A DNA stretch of 54,485 nucleotides from an uncultured virus (IMG/VR IMGVR_UViG_3300035698_034156) (IMGVR_UViG_3300035698_034156); one strand, 5' to 3'. Shown: positions 20,054-29,030, counted from the first letter of the stretch. Numbers and translations are program-made. The notes: generated by a model from the sequence alone, not told the origin.

Positions 20054-20226
20054 ATTTATAGGACATATTTAAAAAGGTTTAGTAGTGTAATATTATAGAT
20101 ATGGGAAGGAATTTGTTATCCACCTTTTCTTTGTAAGTGTTAGGTCATATCACTCCACCTTTCCATATCACTTTAAATTTATAAGACATATTTAAAAAGA
20201 GTTAGTAGTGTAATATTATAGGTATG
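20054..20226. repeat. Two 50-bp direct repeats (20054-20103 and 20177-20226, 46/50 identical) containing a bidirectional TATA core
   Basis: ATTTATARGACATATTTAAAAAG..TTAGTAGTGTAATATTATAGRTATG. Confidence 0.85.
20098..20169 (+). ncRNA. Candidate small RNA closed by a 12-bp stem
   Basis: GATATGGGAAGG/CCTTTCCATATC; the G-U pair favours the + strand; starts 30 nt after TTTAAAAA (20068). Confidence 0.5.
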
Positions 20227-20295
20227 AAAAAGAAATAATTAGAAAGGGTTTAAGTCATCCATCTTGTTCCTCTCCTATGTGTTTCTTTTTGTATC
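20221..20295 (+). ncRNA. Candidate small hairpin RNA
   Basis: GGTATGAAAAAGAAATA/TGTTTCTTTTTGTATC stem; starts 30 nt after TTTAAAAA (20191). Confidence 0.5.
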
Positions 20296-20323
20296 ATTTA
20301 AAAAAACAGGAGAAAACGATATA

Positions 20324-20719
20324 ATGTTTGATAAAAAAGAAATGGAAACTATTTATTATACTATAAGAAACCGAATTTTTGAACTAGAAGACCCGTGCGA
20401 TAATTGTATCGCATATGACTGTGCTAAAAATCCAATACAGGAAATATTACTAAAAAAATGTAGATTGGATGTAATTGATGAAAAATATTGTCTTAAAGAA
20501 AAAAAGAAAGAATTAAAATCACTAATGGAACTTTACAAAAATAAGTCATTTAATAAATTTAAAAAAGCTAAGTGCGATATTTGCGGTAAAATGAAAATTT
20601 ACCCAGAAGAATTCAGGAAAAAACTTTATACTCAAAGAGGAGATGGAGATTATTTTGTAGTTAAAAGAGTTTGCAAACAATGCAAACCACCATCGAAGGC
20701 AAAAAAGGTGAAGAAATGA
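20324..20719 (+). CDS. Cys-rich hypothetical protein
   Basis: Several CxxC motifs; start moved to the ATG at 20324. Confidence 0.6.
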   Translation: MFDKKEMETIYYTIRNRIFELEDPCDNCIAYDCAKNPIQEILLKKCRLDVIDEKYCLKEKKKELKSLMELYKNKSFNKFKKAKCDICGKMKIYPEEFRKKLYTQRGDGDYFVVKRVCKQCKPPSKAKKVKK

Positions 20720-21060
20720 GTGAAAATGAAATCAAAAATAGAATTAGGAAACATTTAGTTCCTTTATATGATGCATTAAATTCGTGTTGTAGATTTGACA
20801 AAGAACTTGAAAAAGAATTTGGAATCACTTATGATTGGAGAATATGTAAAACTTGTGGTTCACACACATTTTATATTAGACAATCTAATTTACCATCTGG
20901 AACACTAGATATTGATAATGAAGTAGTTGATATTGAATTTATTTGTGCAGAATGCGGAGAACATACAGGTGGCAGAATTTTAGAAGATAGTTTTCAAGAA
21001 AAACTTGATGAATTTGATAATCTTCAATCAAAAACAGTAAAGAAAAAGGTGAAAAAATGA
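20716..21060 (+). CDS. Zinc-ribbon hypothetical protein
   Basis: CKTCG...CAECG; AGGTGA RBS. Confidence 0.65.
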   Translation: MSENEIKNRIRKHLVPLYDALNSCCRFDKELEKEFGITYDWRICKTCGSHTFYIRQSNLPSGTLDIDNEVVDIEFICAECGEHTGGRILEDSFQEKLDEFDNLQSKTVKKKVKK

Positions 21061-21512
21061 ATATAGCTGAAGCTTTAAGTGAATTAAAAATAACTAGAAC
21101 AAGAATTGCAAGAGCCATAGAATCCAGAGAAAAAACAATCAAATACAAAGGAAAAAAACCAAACAAAACATACGAACAATTAACTAAAGATATCAAAGAT
21201 TATGCAAAGAAAGCAACATCATTGAAATTGAAAATATTAAAAGCTAATGTTAATACTATAGTAGGAAAGAAAGTTCTTCAAGAAATTATTTTAGAACAAG
21301 CAGATATTAGAAGCGAAATAGCTTCATTGAAGGGTATTCTTGGAAAAGGAAAGAAAAGATACCATGAAGATATCTTTTCAGAATCTTATGATAAAGAAAA
21401 ATTCCAAGTTAATAGATTTGATGTTGAAGAAGATATCAAAAAACTTGAATCAGAAAAAAGGAAAATTGATTCTGTTATTCAATCAACGAACTGGAAAACA
21501 AAATTAATATAA
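21057..21512 (+). CDS. DIP1984-like coiled-coil protein
   Basis: MNIAEAL...LKLKILKAN...IDSVIQSTNWKTKL matches my recollection of the family's MKLAEAL...IQxxNWxTEL pattern. Confidence 0.75.
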   Translation: MNIAEALSELKITRTRIARAIESREKTIKYKGKKPNKTYEQLTKDIKDYAKKATSLKLKILKANVNTIVGKKVLQEIILEQADIRSEIASLKGILGKGKKRYHEDIFSESYDKEKFQVNRFDVEEDIKKLESEKRKIDSVIQSTNWKTKLI

Positions 21513-21516
21513 TTAA

Positions 21517-21599
21517 AGAGATGAGACGGAAGAACATAGTATAATGGAGAGGCGTCCGTCCAGTTGTAGCTATGTACATAATCTGGATTTCTCATCTCT
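21517..21599 (+). ncRNA. Candidate three-way-junction RNA with a kissing loop
   Basis: P1 AGAGATGAGA/TCTCATCTCT; P2 CGGA/TCCG; P3 TCCAG/CTGGA; loops ACATAG and CTATGT are complementary. Confidence 0.55.
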
Positions 21600-21619
21600 A
21601 ATAATTTAAGGTGAATAAA

Positions 21620-22321
21620 ATGAGTAAAAAAACAAAAAAAATAAGTAAATTTATTGGATTGGATACATGTCGTACAGATTTTTTAAAAAAAGAATATCAA
21701 CCTAATGATAGTGTTTCAATGATATATGTAAGGAAAAATATCAAAGAAAAACGTCTTGAAGTAGAAGTATTACCTTTAGGAATGGGAACGAACAGAATAT
21801 TTAAATCAATTCCACCATTATCTAAAAAAGAAAAATTAGCACGAGATAAAAAAATAGAAAAAATAAGCAAAAAATCAGTTGATACATCTAAATGGGTTAA
21901 ACTTGATGATGAATCAATACAAAACGCATTATTAACAAATCTTGTGATGTGTGTATTATTAAAGGAAGAAAAGCGTGTTGGACTAGTAGATTCATTTAAA
22001 TTCATAGAAGTAAACGCAAAAGCTCATGTATTGTATAGCATATTACATTCTAAACACCCAAGTAATCCGCAGTCACTTACAAATTATATGGTTAAACCGT
22101 ATATAGAAACTATACTTAGAGAATTAGGAAATAAAAAAGAAGTTAAATATCTTTGGGATGTTTGTCTTAGTTTAAAAACAAAAATGACTGCAACTAAAAG
22201 AAGAAAAATGATAAATGATTGGAAAAAAAATAATATTAAAAAAATGATTAAAATTACACGGCAACGGCAAATTAAAAAATCTAAAACCAGAAGCAGAAAG
22301 AAGGGAGTAGGTCGAAAATGA
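21620..22321 (+). CDS. Basic hypothetical protein
   Basis: Long ORF with AGGTGA RBS. Confidence 0.6.
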   Translation: MSKKTKKISKFIGLDTCRTDFLKKEYQPNDSVSMIYVRKNIKEKRLEVEVLPLGMGTNRIFKSIPPLSKKEKLARDKKIEKISKKSVDTSKWVKLDDESIQNALLTNLVMCVLLKEEKRVGLVDSFKFIEVNAKAHVLYSILHSKHPSNPQSLTNYMVKPYIETILRELGNKKEVKYLWDVCLSLKTKMTATKRRKMINDWKKNNIKKMIKITRQRQIKKSKTRSRKKGVGRK

Positions 22322-22668
22322 GTGGAATTGAGCAAACTATAATTTCCAGATTTAGTAAATTTATTCCCTCCTGCTCATTCTGGTATTGGACTAAATTAAA
22401 TTTTAGACTGGATTGGTGGGATTTTAAGATGAATTTAAAGAAAAAGATTTTTTGTGATAATGGATTTCACAAAATTTTGACCAGCAAACAAAGCGTATCT
22501 TCTCTTGGAGGAAAACATGATTATCACTACGAAACAGAATTTTTAAAGTGTGCAAATTGTGAAATGATGTTTTTTTCAACTAAAAAAGATAAAGATATTT
22601 ACTTAAAAATGAACAGCGCTAAAAGAAACAGTTTTTCTGAAGCAATGGAATTAATGAAAAAGAAATGA
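22318..22668 (+). CDS. Hypothetical protein
   Basis: ORF coupled to the previous gene; C/H motifs. Confidence 0.55.
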   Translation: MSGIEQTIISRFSKFIPSCSFWYWTKLNFRLDWWDFKMNLKKKIFCDNGFHKILTSKQSVSSLGGKHDYHYETEFLKCANCEMMFFSTKKDKDIYLKMNSAKRNSFSEAMELMKKK

Positions 22669-22670
22669 TG

Positions 22671-22864
22671 CTTACTTCGGTAAGAACTCTAAAAGGGAAA
22701 GGAGTTCTTGGTGTATACTAGGTTACGGGACAAATGGTTAAGTTGATGTTTTTATAACGGCAAAGTTTTTCAAAAATCAAATATCAAATAGCAATTTGTT
22801 AAAATTTAATTCGCGCATTGATGAAATGTTAAAGTTCAATATCCTTTCCCTTTTAAAACGAGTT
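22671..22864 (+). ncRNA. Candidate ~190-nt structured RNA
   Basis: C(UUCG)G hairpin at 22671-84; 14-bp long-range stem 22690-22703/22842-22855 enclosing ~7-nt periodic TCAAA-like units. Confidence 0.5.
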
Positions 22865-22879
22865 TAAAGATGTGGAACA

Positions 22880-23047
22880 ATGGGAGAATTCGGAAAAGAA
22901 TTTCACAACAAAGAATGGAGAAAAAAAAGAGAACGCATATTTTCAAGAGGAAGTATTGAAACAGGAAAAAAACTATCAAGACGAGGAGTAGGAAGACCAG
23001 GACAACAATTTTCAAGAAAACAAAAATATAACAAATCGAAAATTTAA
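22880..23047 (+). CDS. 55-aa basic protein
   Basis: MGEFGKEFHNKEWRKKRERIFSRG...; below the ORF-track cutoff. Confidence 0.4.
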   Translation: MGEFGKEFHNKEWRKKRERIFSRGSIETGKKLSRRGVGRPGQQFSRKQKYNKSKI

Positions 23048-23107
23048 GTCTTTTGTCGTAAAATCGTGTCTGAGGAAAACTAATTTAAAGAACGGATGCG
23101 TAAATTT

Positions 23108-23176
23108 AATAGGAGCCAAAGCGAAAGCTTTCTCCGTATATTTGGTTGGCTCATAGGAGGAGCCAATCCTCCTATT
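23108..23176 (+). ncRNA. Branched structured element (ncRNA or terminator)
   Basis: AATAGGAG/CTCCTATT closing stem; AAAGC-GAAA-GCTTT GNRA hairpin; TTGGCTC/GAGCCAA hairpin. Confidence 0.4.
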
Positions 23177-23321
23177 TTTAAAAAAAGCTTTACACGGCTA
23201 AAAGATTAATAATTACACATATAAAAGATAGAATAATTATCCAGTTAGGTGAATTATATTTTATATTATATAATCCGCATCCTAAGCAAATAATTGCTAA
23301 TCCTATTGAAAATAAGTTCAT

Positions 23322-23681
23322 TTAATCAACCTTTTTCCATTTACCATTTTCTATTTTTTTCAATTTTTTTACTTCGTCCCTATTCTGCATAAACAACATA
23401 GCTTCAACATTTTCACCGTTTTCAAGAACAATATCTTGTTTTTTAGCAATATAACCAGCACCAGTTTCCATACTGTTTATTTCATCGTAAACAGATGATT
23501 CGACTTCATATAATTCACCGTGAACTTGTCCTTTTCCTTCAATAATTATAGGATACCATCCATGATTATTATACATTTCAAACCCATTAACATAACCATG
23601 GGAAATTAAAACTTCCTTTTTTAAATAAAAATCATGATTACTTTGATTTTTCATTAAAGTTCCGTACACAAATAATTTCAT
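23322..23681 (-). CDS. Gamma-glutamylcyclotransferase (GGCT/AIG2-like)
   Basis: LFVYGTLM, VHGELYEV, ME..GY motifs. Confidence 0.88.
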   Translation of the reverse strand: MKLFVYGTLMKNQSNHDFYLKKEVLISHGYVNGFEMYNNHGWYPIIIEGKGQVHGELYEVESSVYDEINSMETGAGYIAKKQDIVLENGENVEAMLFMQNRDEVKKLKKIENGKWKKVD

Positions 23682-23682
23682 T

Positions 23683-24147
23683 TTATCTTTCTCCTTCTTT
23701 CATTAAATCTAAAGCTAATTTTTCATTGTAAGCTATTGTAGAACCACATTTTGGACAAATCCATTTATGGTCATCAATTCCTAGCTTGGAAGTAAATTTT
23801 GGGATATTTTTTAACTTATATGATATTTTACCATTTTTTAATGTTGCATACCAGTCAACGTTTTCTTTTTTTCTTAAAACTAATGTTTTTAAATTATAAC
23901 CACATCTACAATTCATTTTTTTCTCCTCCTCTTCTTCTTGAATATCTTTCATCAAACCTTTAGCTACATCACTAATAACTCGAGCATCTTCTGCATTCAA
24001 ATTAAGAGAAGGTGGATAATATCCGACAATATCGCAAATTTCTTCCATTAACTCTGGAAGTTTCTGATTTAAATCATCTCTCTGCCATATATCTTCTCCA
24101 CAAGAAATTTCTTCTCGTTTAATAATATCCTTTATTTTTTTAATCAT
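23683..24147 (-). CDS. Hypothetical protein with C-terminal zinc ribbon
   Basis: CRCG...CPKCG. Confidence 0.55.
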   Translation of the reverse strand: MIKKIKDIIKREEISCGEDIWQRDDLNQKLPELMEEICDIVGYYPPSLNLNAEDARVISDVAKGLMKDIQEEEEEKKMNCRCGYNLKTLVLRKKENVDWYATLKNGKISYKLKNIPKFTSKLGIDDHKWICPKCGSTIAYNEKLALDLMKEGER

Positions 24148-24151
24148 TCAA

Positions 24152-25271
24152 TCACCCTTTAACAACCGCAATAGGTGTTAATTTTGTTACAATTTCAACC
24201 AAATCTTTTTGATTTTTCATAACATTTTCTATATCTTTATATGCTCCTGGGGCTTCATCTAAATCTTTTATATCACGAATAGAGTGCATAATACCTTGTT
24301 TATCTAACAATTTTTGTTGTTCTTTTAACTTTAAAGTTCTTTGAGCAACTTTTCTACCCATTCTCCTACCAGCTCCGTGAGAACAAGAATTAAAACTCAA
24401 ATAATGTCCTTTGCCTTTGACAATATAACTTGCAGTTCCCTGACTTCCTGGGATAATTCCAAGCTCTCCTTCTTTAGCAGAAGTTGCACCCTTTCTATGA
24501 ACCATTACCTCTTTACCAAAATGCTTTTCCATAACAGCATAATTGTGGTGAACATCTAACATATTTTCTTCACATGTTTTAAATCCCATATCATTTATTT
24601 TACATTGTATAATTTTCATCATTCTTTTTCTGTTTGCTTTAGCGAACTCCAAGCAATAATTCATTTCTCTCAAATAAGCTTTCGCTTCTTCGCTATCTAA
24701 TGGTAAAAAAGCCAAGTCCCAATCCTTTGGAACTGATGAATGATATTTTTGATTTAGTTCTTTGGCTAAATCGTTATAGTGTTTTGCTACCTTGTAGCCA
24801 ATGTTTCTACTACCTGAATGAATCATAATCCAAACAAAATCATTTTCGTCTTTTTGAATTTCAATAAAGTGGTTTCCTCCACCAAGTGTTCCAATTTGAT
24901 GTGTAGCACTATCAAATTGCTGACTAACAATTGGAAAATCATCTTGAAAACATGTTTCTTTAACTTTAATAATAGGCATATCTAATTCATTTGCTTTCTT
25001 GTTATGACTAAATCCAACAGGAATATGTTCTCTGATGTGTTTCATTAACTCAACTAACTTTTCTTTAGTCAAATCTTCTACAGCCATATAAGTTTGCATT
25101 GCTCTCATACCGCAACCGATATCAACCCCAACCGCATTTGGTACTACAACATCTCTTGTCGCCATCACTCCATTCACATTGTTTAACCATATTTTCACTT
25201 GAATAATATTCATCTTCGTTCATCCAAATTTTTATTGGTATTAACCCGTTTTTTGGTTTATATTCAAACAT
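24152..25271 (-). pseudogene. rtcB: RtcB RNA ligase with an internal deletion and frameshift near the N-terminus
   Basis: VGVDIGCG, GGGNHFIE, HSGSR, HNY, HRKGA and SHGAGR are present. The true start (AGGAGG RBS, MFEYKPKNGLIPIKIW...KQCE) is out of frame with the body, and the MPDxHxGxGxPIG segment is missing. Confidence 0.85.
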
Positions 25272-25348
25272 TTTATTCCTCCTAAACCTATCATTTTCAC
25301 ATCTTTTGTTATCGTTATATAATAATATTATATAGAAATGTTTATAAA

Positions 25349-25720
25349 CTATTCTTTAACTTTTTCCCCTATTTTTATACACATCAAAGACGATAATACT
25401 AACCCAACACAAAAAATAGCCATCATAAGCGTTACAATCTGATAACCATAAATCTCATTAGATGACTGCAAAGCACGAACAACTCTCAAATCACAATCAC
25501 TTAACCTATCCAAATCTGAACCCTTAACTTTAGTTATACCACCTAACAAACCAAAAGCATTCAATTCAATCTCTGACGGAATACCATAAGCACGCCAAAC
25601 CTGCTGATGAACACTTTCATGCATTATTGTTTGACATATAGCACAAAAACATAATGCTAAAATAAATATTAAAACAGTTCCAATAAACAACTTTATATCA
25701 AAATAAATCATAACTTTCAC
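25349..25720 (-). CDS. Membrane protein with HExxH motif (putative metalloprotease)
   Basis: TM helix, IMHESVH, second TM helix. Confidence 0.6.
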   Translation of the reverse strand: MKVMIYFDIKLFIGTVLIFILALCFCAICQTIMHESVHQQVWRAYGIPSEIELNAFGLLGGITKVKGSDLDRLSDCDLRVVRALQSSNEIYGYQIVTLMMAIFCVGLVLSSLMCIKIGEKVKE

Positions 25721-26074
25721 CTATAATAATTTTGGATTCTCATAAATGTTTCCAATTACTTCTTTATTGTTTTTGTAATGATTTACACTATCATTTTCTA
25801 AATAAAACATTCCGTATTCAAAAGTTACAACAGATGGTGAAAGAAACTTTGATTTAACTTGCATTATATCTCCTTCAAAGATTTTTTCCCCATTAATATC
25901 TTTTAAACCAGTGAATTGCATTAATTCACATTTATCAAATTTAGCCCAATTAACTTCAGAGGTATCAGCATTTGAAGAAAATACAATTTCATGGGCTTCA
26001 AAATTTATTTCATGAAGATTGTAATACATTTTCTTTTCTCTTTTCTCCCAAGCTCTATATTCTATTTCTCTCAT
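25721..26074 (-). CDS. YopX family protein
   Basis: MREIEYRAW...MQFTGLKDINGEKIFEGDI...EVIGNIYENPKLL. Confidence 0.92.
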   Translation of the reverse strand: MREIEYRAWEKREKKMYYNLHEINFEAHEIVFSSNADTSEVNWAKFDKCELMQFTGLKDINGEKIFEGDIMQVKSKFLSPSVVTFEYGMFYLENDSVNHYKNNKEVIGNIYENPKLL

Positions 26075-26994
26075 TTAATCACTTCCTCTTTTACCATCAT
26101 TTCATCAATCATAGCTAAACATTTACGCGCAACCTTTTGCTTCATTTCTTTGAAGTTAATAAAAGAATAATTTTCAAAAATATATTCATATTCTTCTTTC
26201 AATATGTCCTTTATTGTATTTGACGGAACAAATTTCATCAAAGTTCTATTAAGAGGTTTATTGAATTCGTTAACATGTTTCAAGATTATTTTTCTAATTC
26301 TTGCATCTGTCGCAAACTGGTCAACTATTTTTGAAGTATCGCTGTTCGCTTGTCTAACTCCACCAAACACAGCTTTGTTGTTCTCCTTAAATTCATCTGT
26401 AACCACTTTAGCATACAACTGATGATTTCCAATAGTATCTTTACGACAATAGTTTTTGATAACAATACCCTCAGCTTTACCATCATAATACTTTGATTGT
26501 GGAATCAATTTGTCAATCTCTTGCTTCTTCAAGTCTTTAACTGTTCCACGCCAAACCAACGGTACATTTTCAACGCCTAACCGCTTGAATTCTTGTTCTC
26601 TTGAATCCCTACCTAAAAACAAACCTGCTCCTTCATCCCCATATTTCATATTTCGTTTGTGTCTGATATCTATTCCGATAACATCAGGAGCATTAGTGTA
26701 ATTGATTGTGTGTTTTGCCATCCATTCAATGTAATAATAATAGTCAGAATTAATATTTTTACCTTCAAGTATTTTCATTAACGTATCTCTTTGTTTAGCA
26801 AAAGTTTTTTCGTCATTTTCTTCCACTAAGTCTCTGTTTCTGCTACAAACATGAATACTTCCGTCTTCAACTAAATAAAAACAACCATTAGCACCATCAA
26901 CCTTTTCTTCTAACACCAATGTATCTTCGGTGTAAGTAAACAATTCTCTTGTATTAGGACTTCCCAATCTTTCAATATCTGGATACTTCTTCAT
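26071..26994 (-). CDS. ATP-dependent RNA ligase (Rnl2-like)
   Basis: Motif I EEKVDGAN, SRNR, VPLVWRG, EGIVIK, AK.V.DEFKE. Confidence 0.85.
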   Translation of the reverse strand: MKKYPDIERLGSPNTRELFTYTEDTLVLEEKVDGANGCFYLVEDGSIHVCSRNRDLVEENDEKTFAKQRDTLMKILEGKNINSDYYYYIEWMAKHTINYTNAPDVIGIDIRHKRNMKYGDEGAGLFLGRDSREQEFKRLGVENVPLVWRGTVKDLKKQEIDKLIPQSKYYDGKAEGIVIKNYCRKDTIGNHQLYAKVVTDEFKENNKAVFGGVRQANSDTSKIVDQFATDARIRKIILKHVNEFNKPLNRTLMKFVPSNTIKDILKEEYEYIFENYSFINFKEMKQKVARKCLAMIDEMMVKEEVIK

Positions 26995-27173
26995 TTTTTC
27001 ACATCCGTTTTCCAATATCTTTCATATCCTTCTTGAACATGAGCTATTCTTGAATTAAATTCTTCTTTTAAAATATTAGAAACATTAGAAAGCTCTTCGT
27101 TTGTGCAATTTTTAATATATTCAAACGCGATTAGTTGAACTTGTCTTTCTGTTAATGAAATTTCCACTTCCAT
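26991..27173 (-). CDS. Hypothetical protein
   Basis: Coupled ORF with RBS. Confidence 0.55.
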   Translation of the reverse strand: MEVEISLTERQVQLIAFEYIKNCTNEELSNVSNILKEEFNSRIAHVQEGYERYWKTDVKK

Positions 27174-27174
27174 T

Positions 27175-27363
27175 TTAATCCTTCCCCTTCTTTTTAGGTT
27201 TGTTATATTCTATTTCAGCGTTAATATTACTATATGCTGTATCTTCTCCAATAAGGAATTCAACATCCTTTTCTGCAATACTATAACCCATCTGGTATTT
27301 TTCTTGGATATAACTAACAATAGCACTTGCTATTTCGTTTTGGTCTAAACTTATTTTGCTCAC
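27175..27363 (-). CDS. Hypothetical protein
   Basis: Coupled ORF. Confidence 0.55.
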   Translation of the reverse strand: MSKISLDQNEIASAIVSYIQEKYQMGYSIAEKDVEFLIGEDTAYSNINAEIEYNKPKKKGKD

Positions 27364-27413
27364 TTTTTCATCTCCGTTATTTTCTTTATTTTTCTGTTCA
27401 TCATTTTTTCACT

Positions 27414-27884
27414 TTAGTGTTGTTTTATTTTAACATCTTTATTTCCACCAAATAATTTTATGGTTTTTTTGGTGTATTGTTTTATTCTTTTATCGTTCCA
27501 TGCTGAACATGGAAGTGAAGCAAGATTTGATAATCTGTCTGCTAATTTTAACATAGTTCCTCTCCTCGAGTGAAGTCTTGGAAAGGTATAACCATCGATT
27601 TTGTTCCCTTCTTGTGTTACTTCCATAACAAGAGTAGCTACATCTTCGTTAAACTCTTTAACAAGTTCTTCTCTTGTAACTTCACAATCTTCAATAACAT
27701 CATGTAAGTAAGCTGAAGCCAAAAGGTTTTCGTCTGTTGTCATTACCGCTAGAATGTCGTGTGTTTGTTTCACATGATTAAAGTATGGTTCTCCTCCATC
27801 TCTAAACTGAAAGTAATGATGTTTTTCAGCGAATTTTCCTGCTTTTTCTATAATATTCATTTTTCCATCCATCATTTTAACCAA
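27414..27884 (-). CDS. HD-domain hydrolase, RelA/SpoT (Mesh1/SAH)-like
   Basis: H..QFR.GGEPYFNH, AYLHDVIED, LKLADRLSN. Confidence 0.85.
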   Translation of the reverse strand: MVKMMDGKMNIIEKAGKFAEKHHYFQFRDGGEPYFNHVKQTHDILAVMTTDENLLASAYLHDVIEDCEVTREELVKEFNEDVATLVMEVTQEGNKIDGYTFPRLHSRRGTMLKLADRLSNLASLPCSAWNDKRIKQYTKKTIKLFGGNKDVKIKQH

Positions 27885-28046
27885 ACCGTACCATTTTTTC
27901 GATTACTCGTATTTTATTGTTTAATTGTTTTGCTTGTCTTTCTGTCATTCCTTCGTATAGTTCTTTTTCTAGGAATGTCATTCCATCAGTGTTCACCATT
28001 TTTTCAATGGTTAATTTGTTATTTTTGAGCATTATTATTTCGTTTT

Positions 28047-28403
28047 TCATTTAATCACCTTTTTTGTTCTTAAAATACATTCTTCTTCTGTTATTATTTT
28101 TACATCTTTTCTTTTCAAATCTGTGTCCTGAAAACACATTTCACACATTTTGTTTTCGCATTTCGCCGACTTTCTTCTTTTTTTAATTTCATTTAATTCT
28201 TTTTGAACTCTTTTTGAAATATATTCTAAATTTGCTTTATCTAATGTATCAAATAAAAACTCAAAATTTTCTCCGTTAGTAATATTTTCAGTATCAGAAT
28301 AATAATCTCCACTTTCTAACAATTCTTTTGCTTTTTTTAAAGATTTTGCTTCAACATAAGAATTATACCATACTTGTTCATAACATTCAATTTTAAAAAT
28401 CAT
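28047..28403 (-). CDS. Hypothetical protein
   Basis: ORF with AGGTGA RBS; VEAKSLKKAKE phage-like motif. Confidence 0.6.
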   Translation of the reverse strand: MIFKIECYEQVWYNSYVEAKSLKKAKELLESGDYYSDTENITNGENFEFLFDTLDKANLEYISKRVQKELNEIKKRRKSAKCENKMCEMCFQDTDLKRKDVKIITEEECILRTKKVIK

Positions 28404-28467
28404 TCAATCACCTTATATTTTTCAGCCCATTCTTTAAAATTTTCAGCACAAGTTCCACAAATAACTT

Positions 28468-28740
28468 TCATTTGCTTTCACTTTCTGGTTTTTTAAATTG
28501 AGGTTTATTTTTTAACCCTGCTTTTTTTAAATCAATATAAATTTTACTAAGCCTGTTCATATTATCACTACAAATTAAAATGTGATTGTGTGTGCCCATT
28601 GGATTTTCACCTTCGCGAAGGTAGTTATGTATCTCATTTGTTGGATGATTATTTTGAATAGTAGATACTTTTTTTATTTCTAATATATCAGTAGGATAAA
28701 CATAGATGCATCCCTTGTATTCTTCAGGTTCATTTTTCAT
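28468..28740 (-). CDS. Hypothetical protein
   Basis: Coupled ORF. Confidence 0.55.
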   Translation of the reverse strand: MKNEPEEYKGCIYVYPTDILEIKKVSTIQNNHPTNEIHNYLREGENPMGTHNHILICSDNMNRLSKIYIDLKKAGLKNKPQFKKPESESK

Positions 28741-28955
28741 TTGCTTTCACTTTCCTTAATAGTTAAATGTGTTCTGGTTATTTTTTTGTTTTTGTTAAAT
28801 ATTACATTATCATTATTGATTAGTTTTAAGAGTTCTGCAACATTGATTACGTAAAATTGCTCGTGGTCATCGATTGCTTGAATCATATTTCCTGCGTATT
28901 GTGAATTAAGGGTTCTTAATTCAACGATGTTTTTACCTGATATTTTGTTTTCCAT
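28737..28955 (-). CDS. Hypothetical protein
   Basis: First ORF after a TTTATAAA promoter on the minus strand. Confidence 0.55.
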   Translation of the reverse strand: MENKISGKNIVELRTLNSQYAGNMIQAIDDHEQFYVINVAELLKLINNDNVIFNKNKKITRTHLTIKESESK

Positions 28956-28991
28956 CTATATCATCTCCATCTCTATACTAATATATATGTA

Positions 28992-29005
28992 GAAATGTTT
29001 ATAAA
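28992..29005 (-). promoter_or_regulatory. TATA promoter TTTATAAACATTTC(TA); identical copy near 25333-25348
   Basis: The same 16-bp sequence precedes two minus-strand gene blocks. Confidence 0.55.
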
Positions 29006-29030
29006 GATTCATTTCTTTATACATAATACT

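Noticed and set aside
20054..20295. CRISPR mini-array
   Set aside because: Only two 50-bp repeats that look like TATA promoters; the intervening sequences are self-complementary hairpins; no cas genes in the window.
21517..21599. Hammerhead ribozyme or purine riboswitch
   Set aside because: Three-way junction is present, but the CUGANGA/GAAA core and purine-riboswitch junction sequences are missing on both strands.
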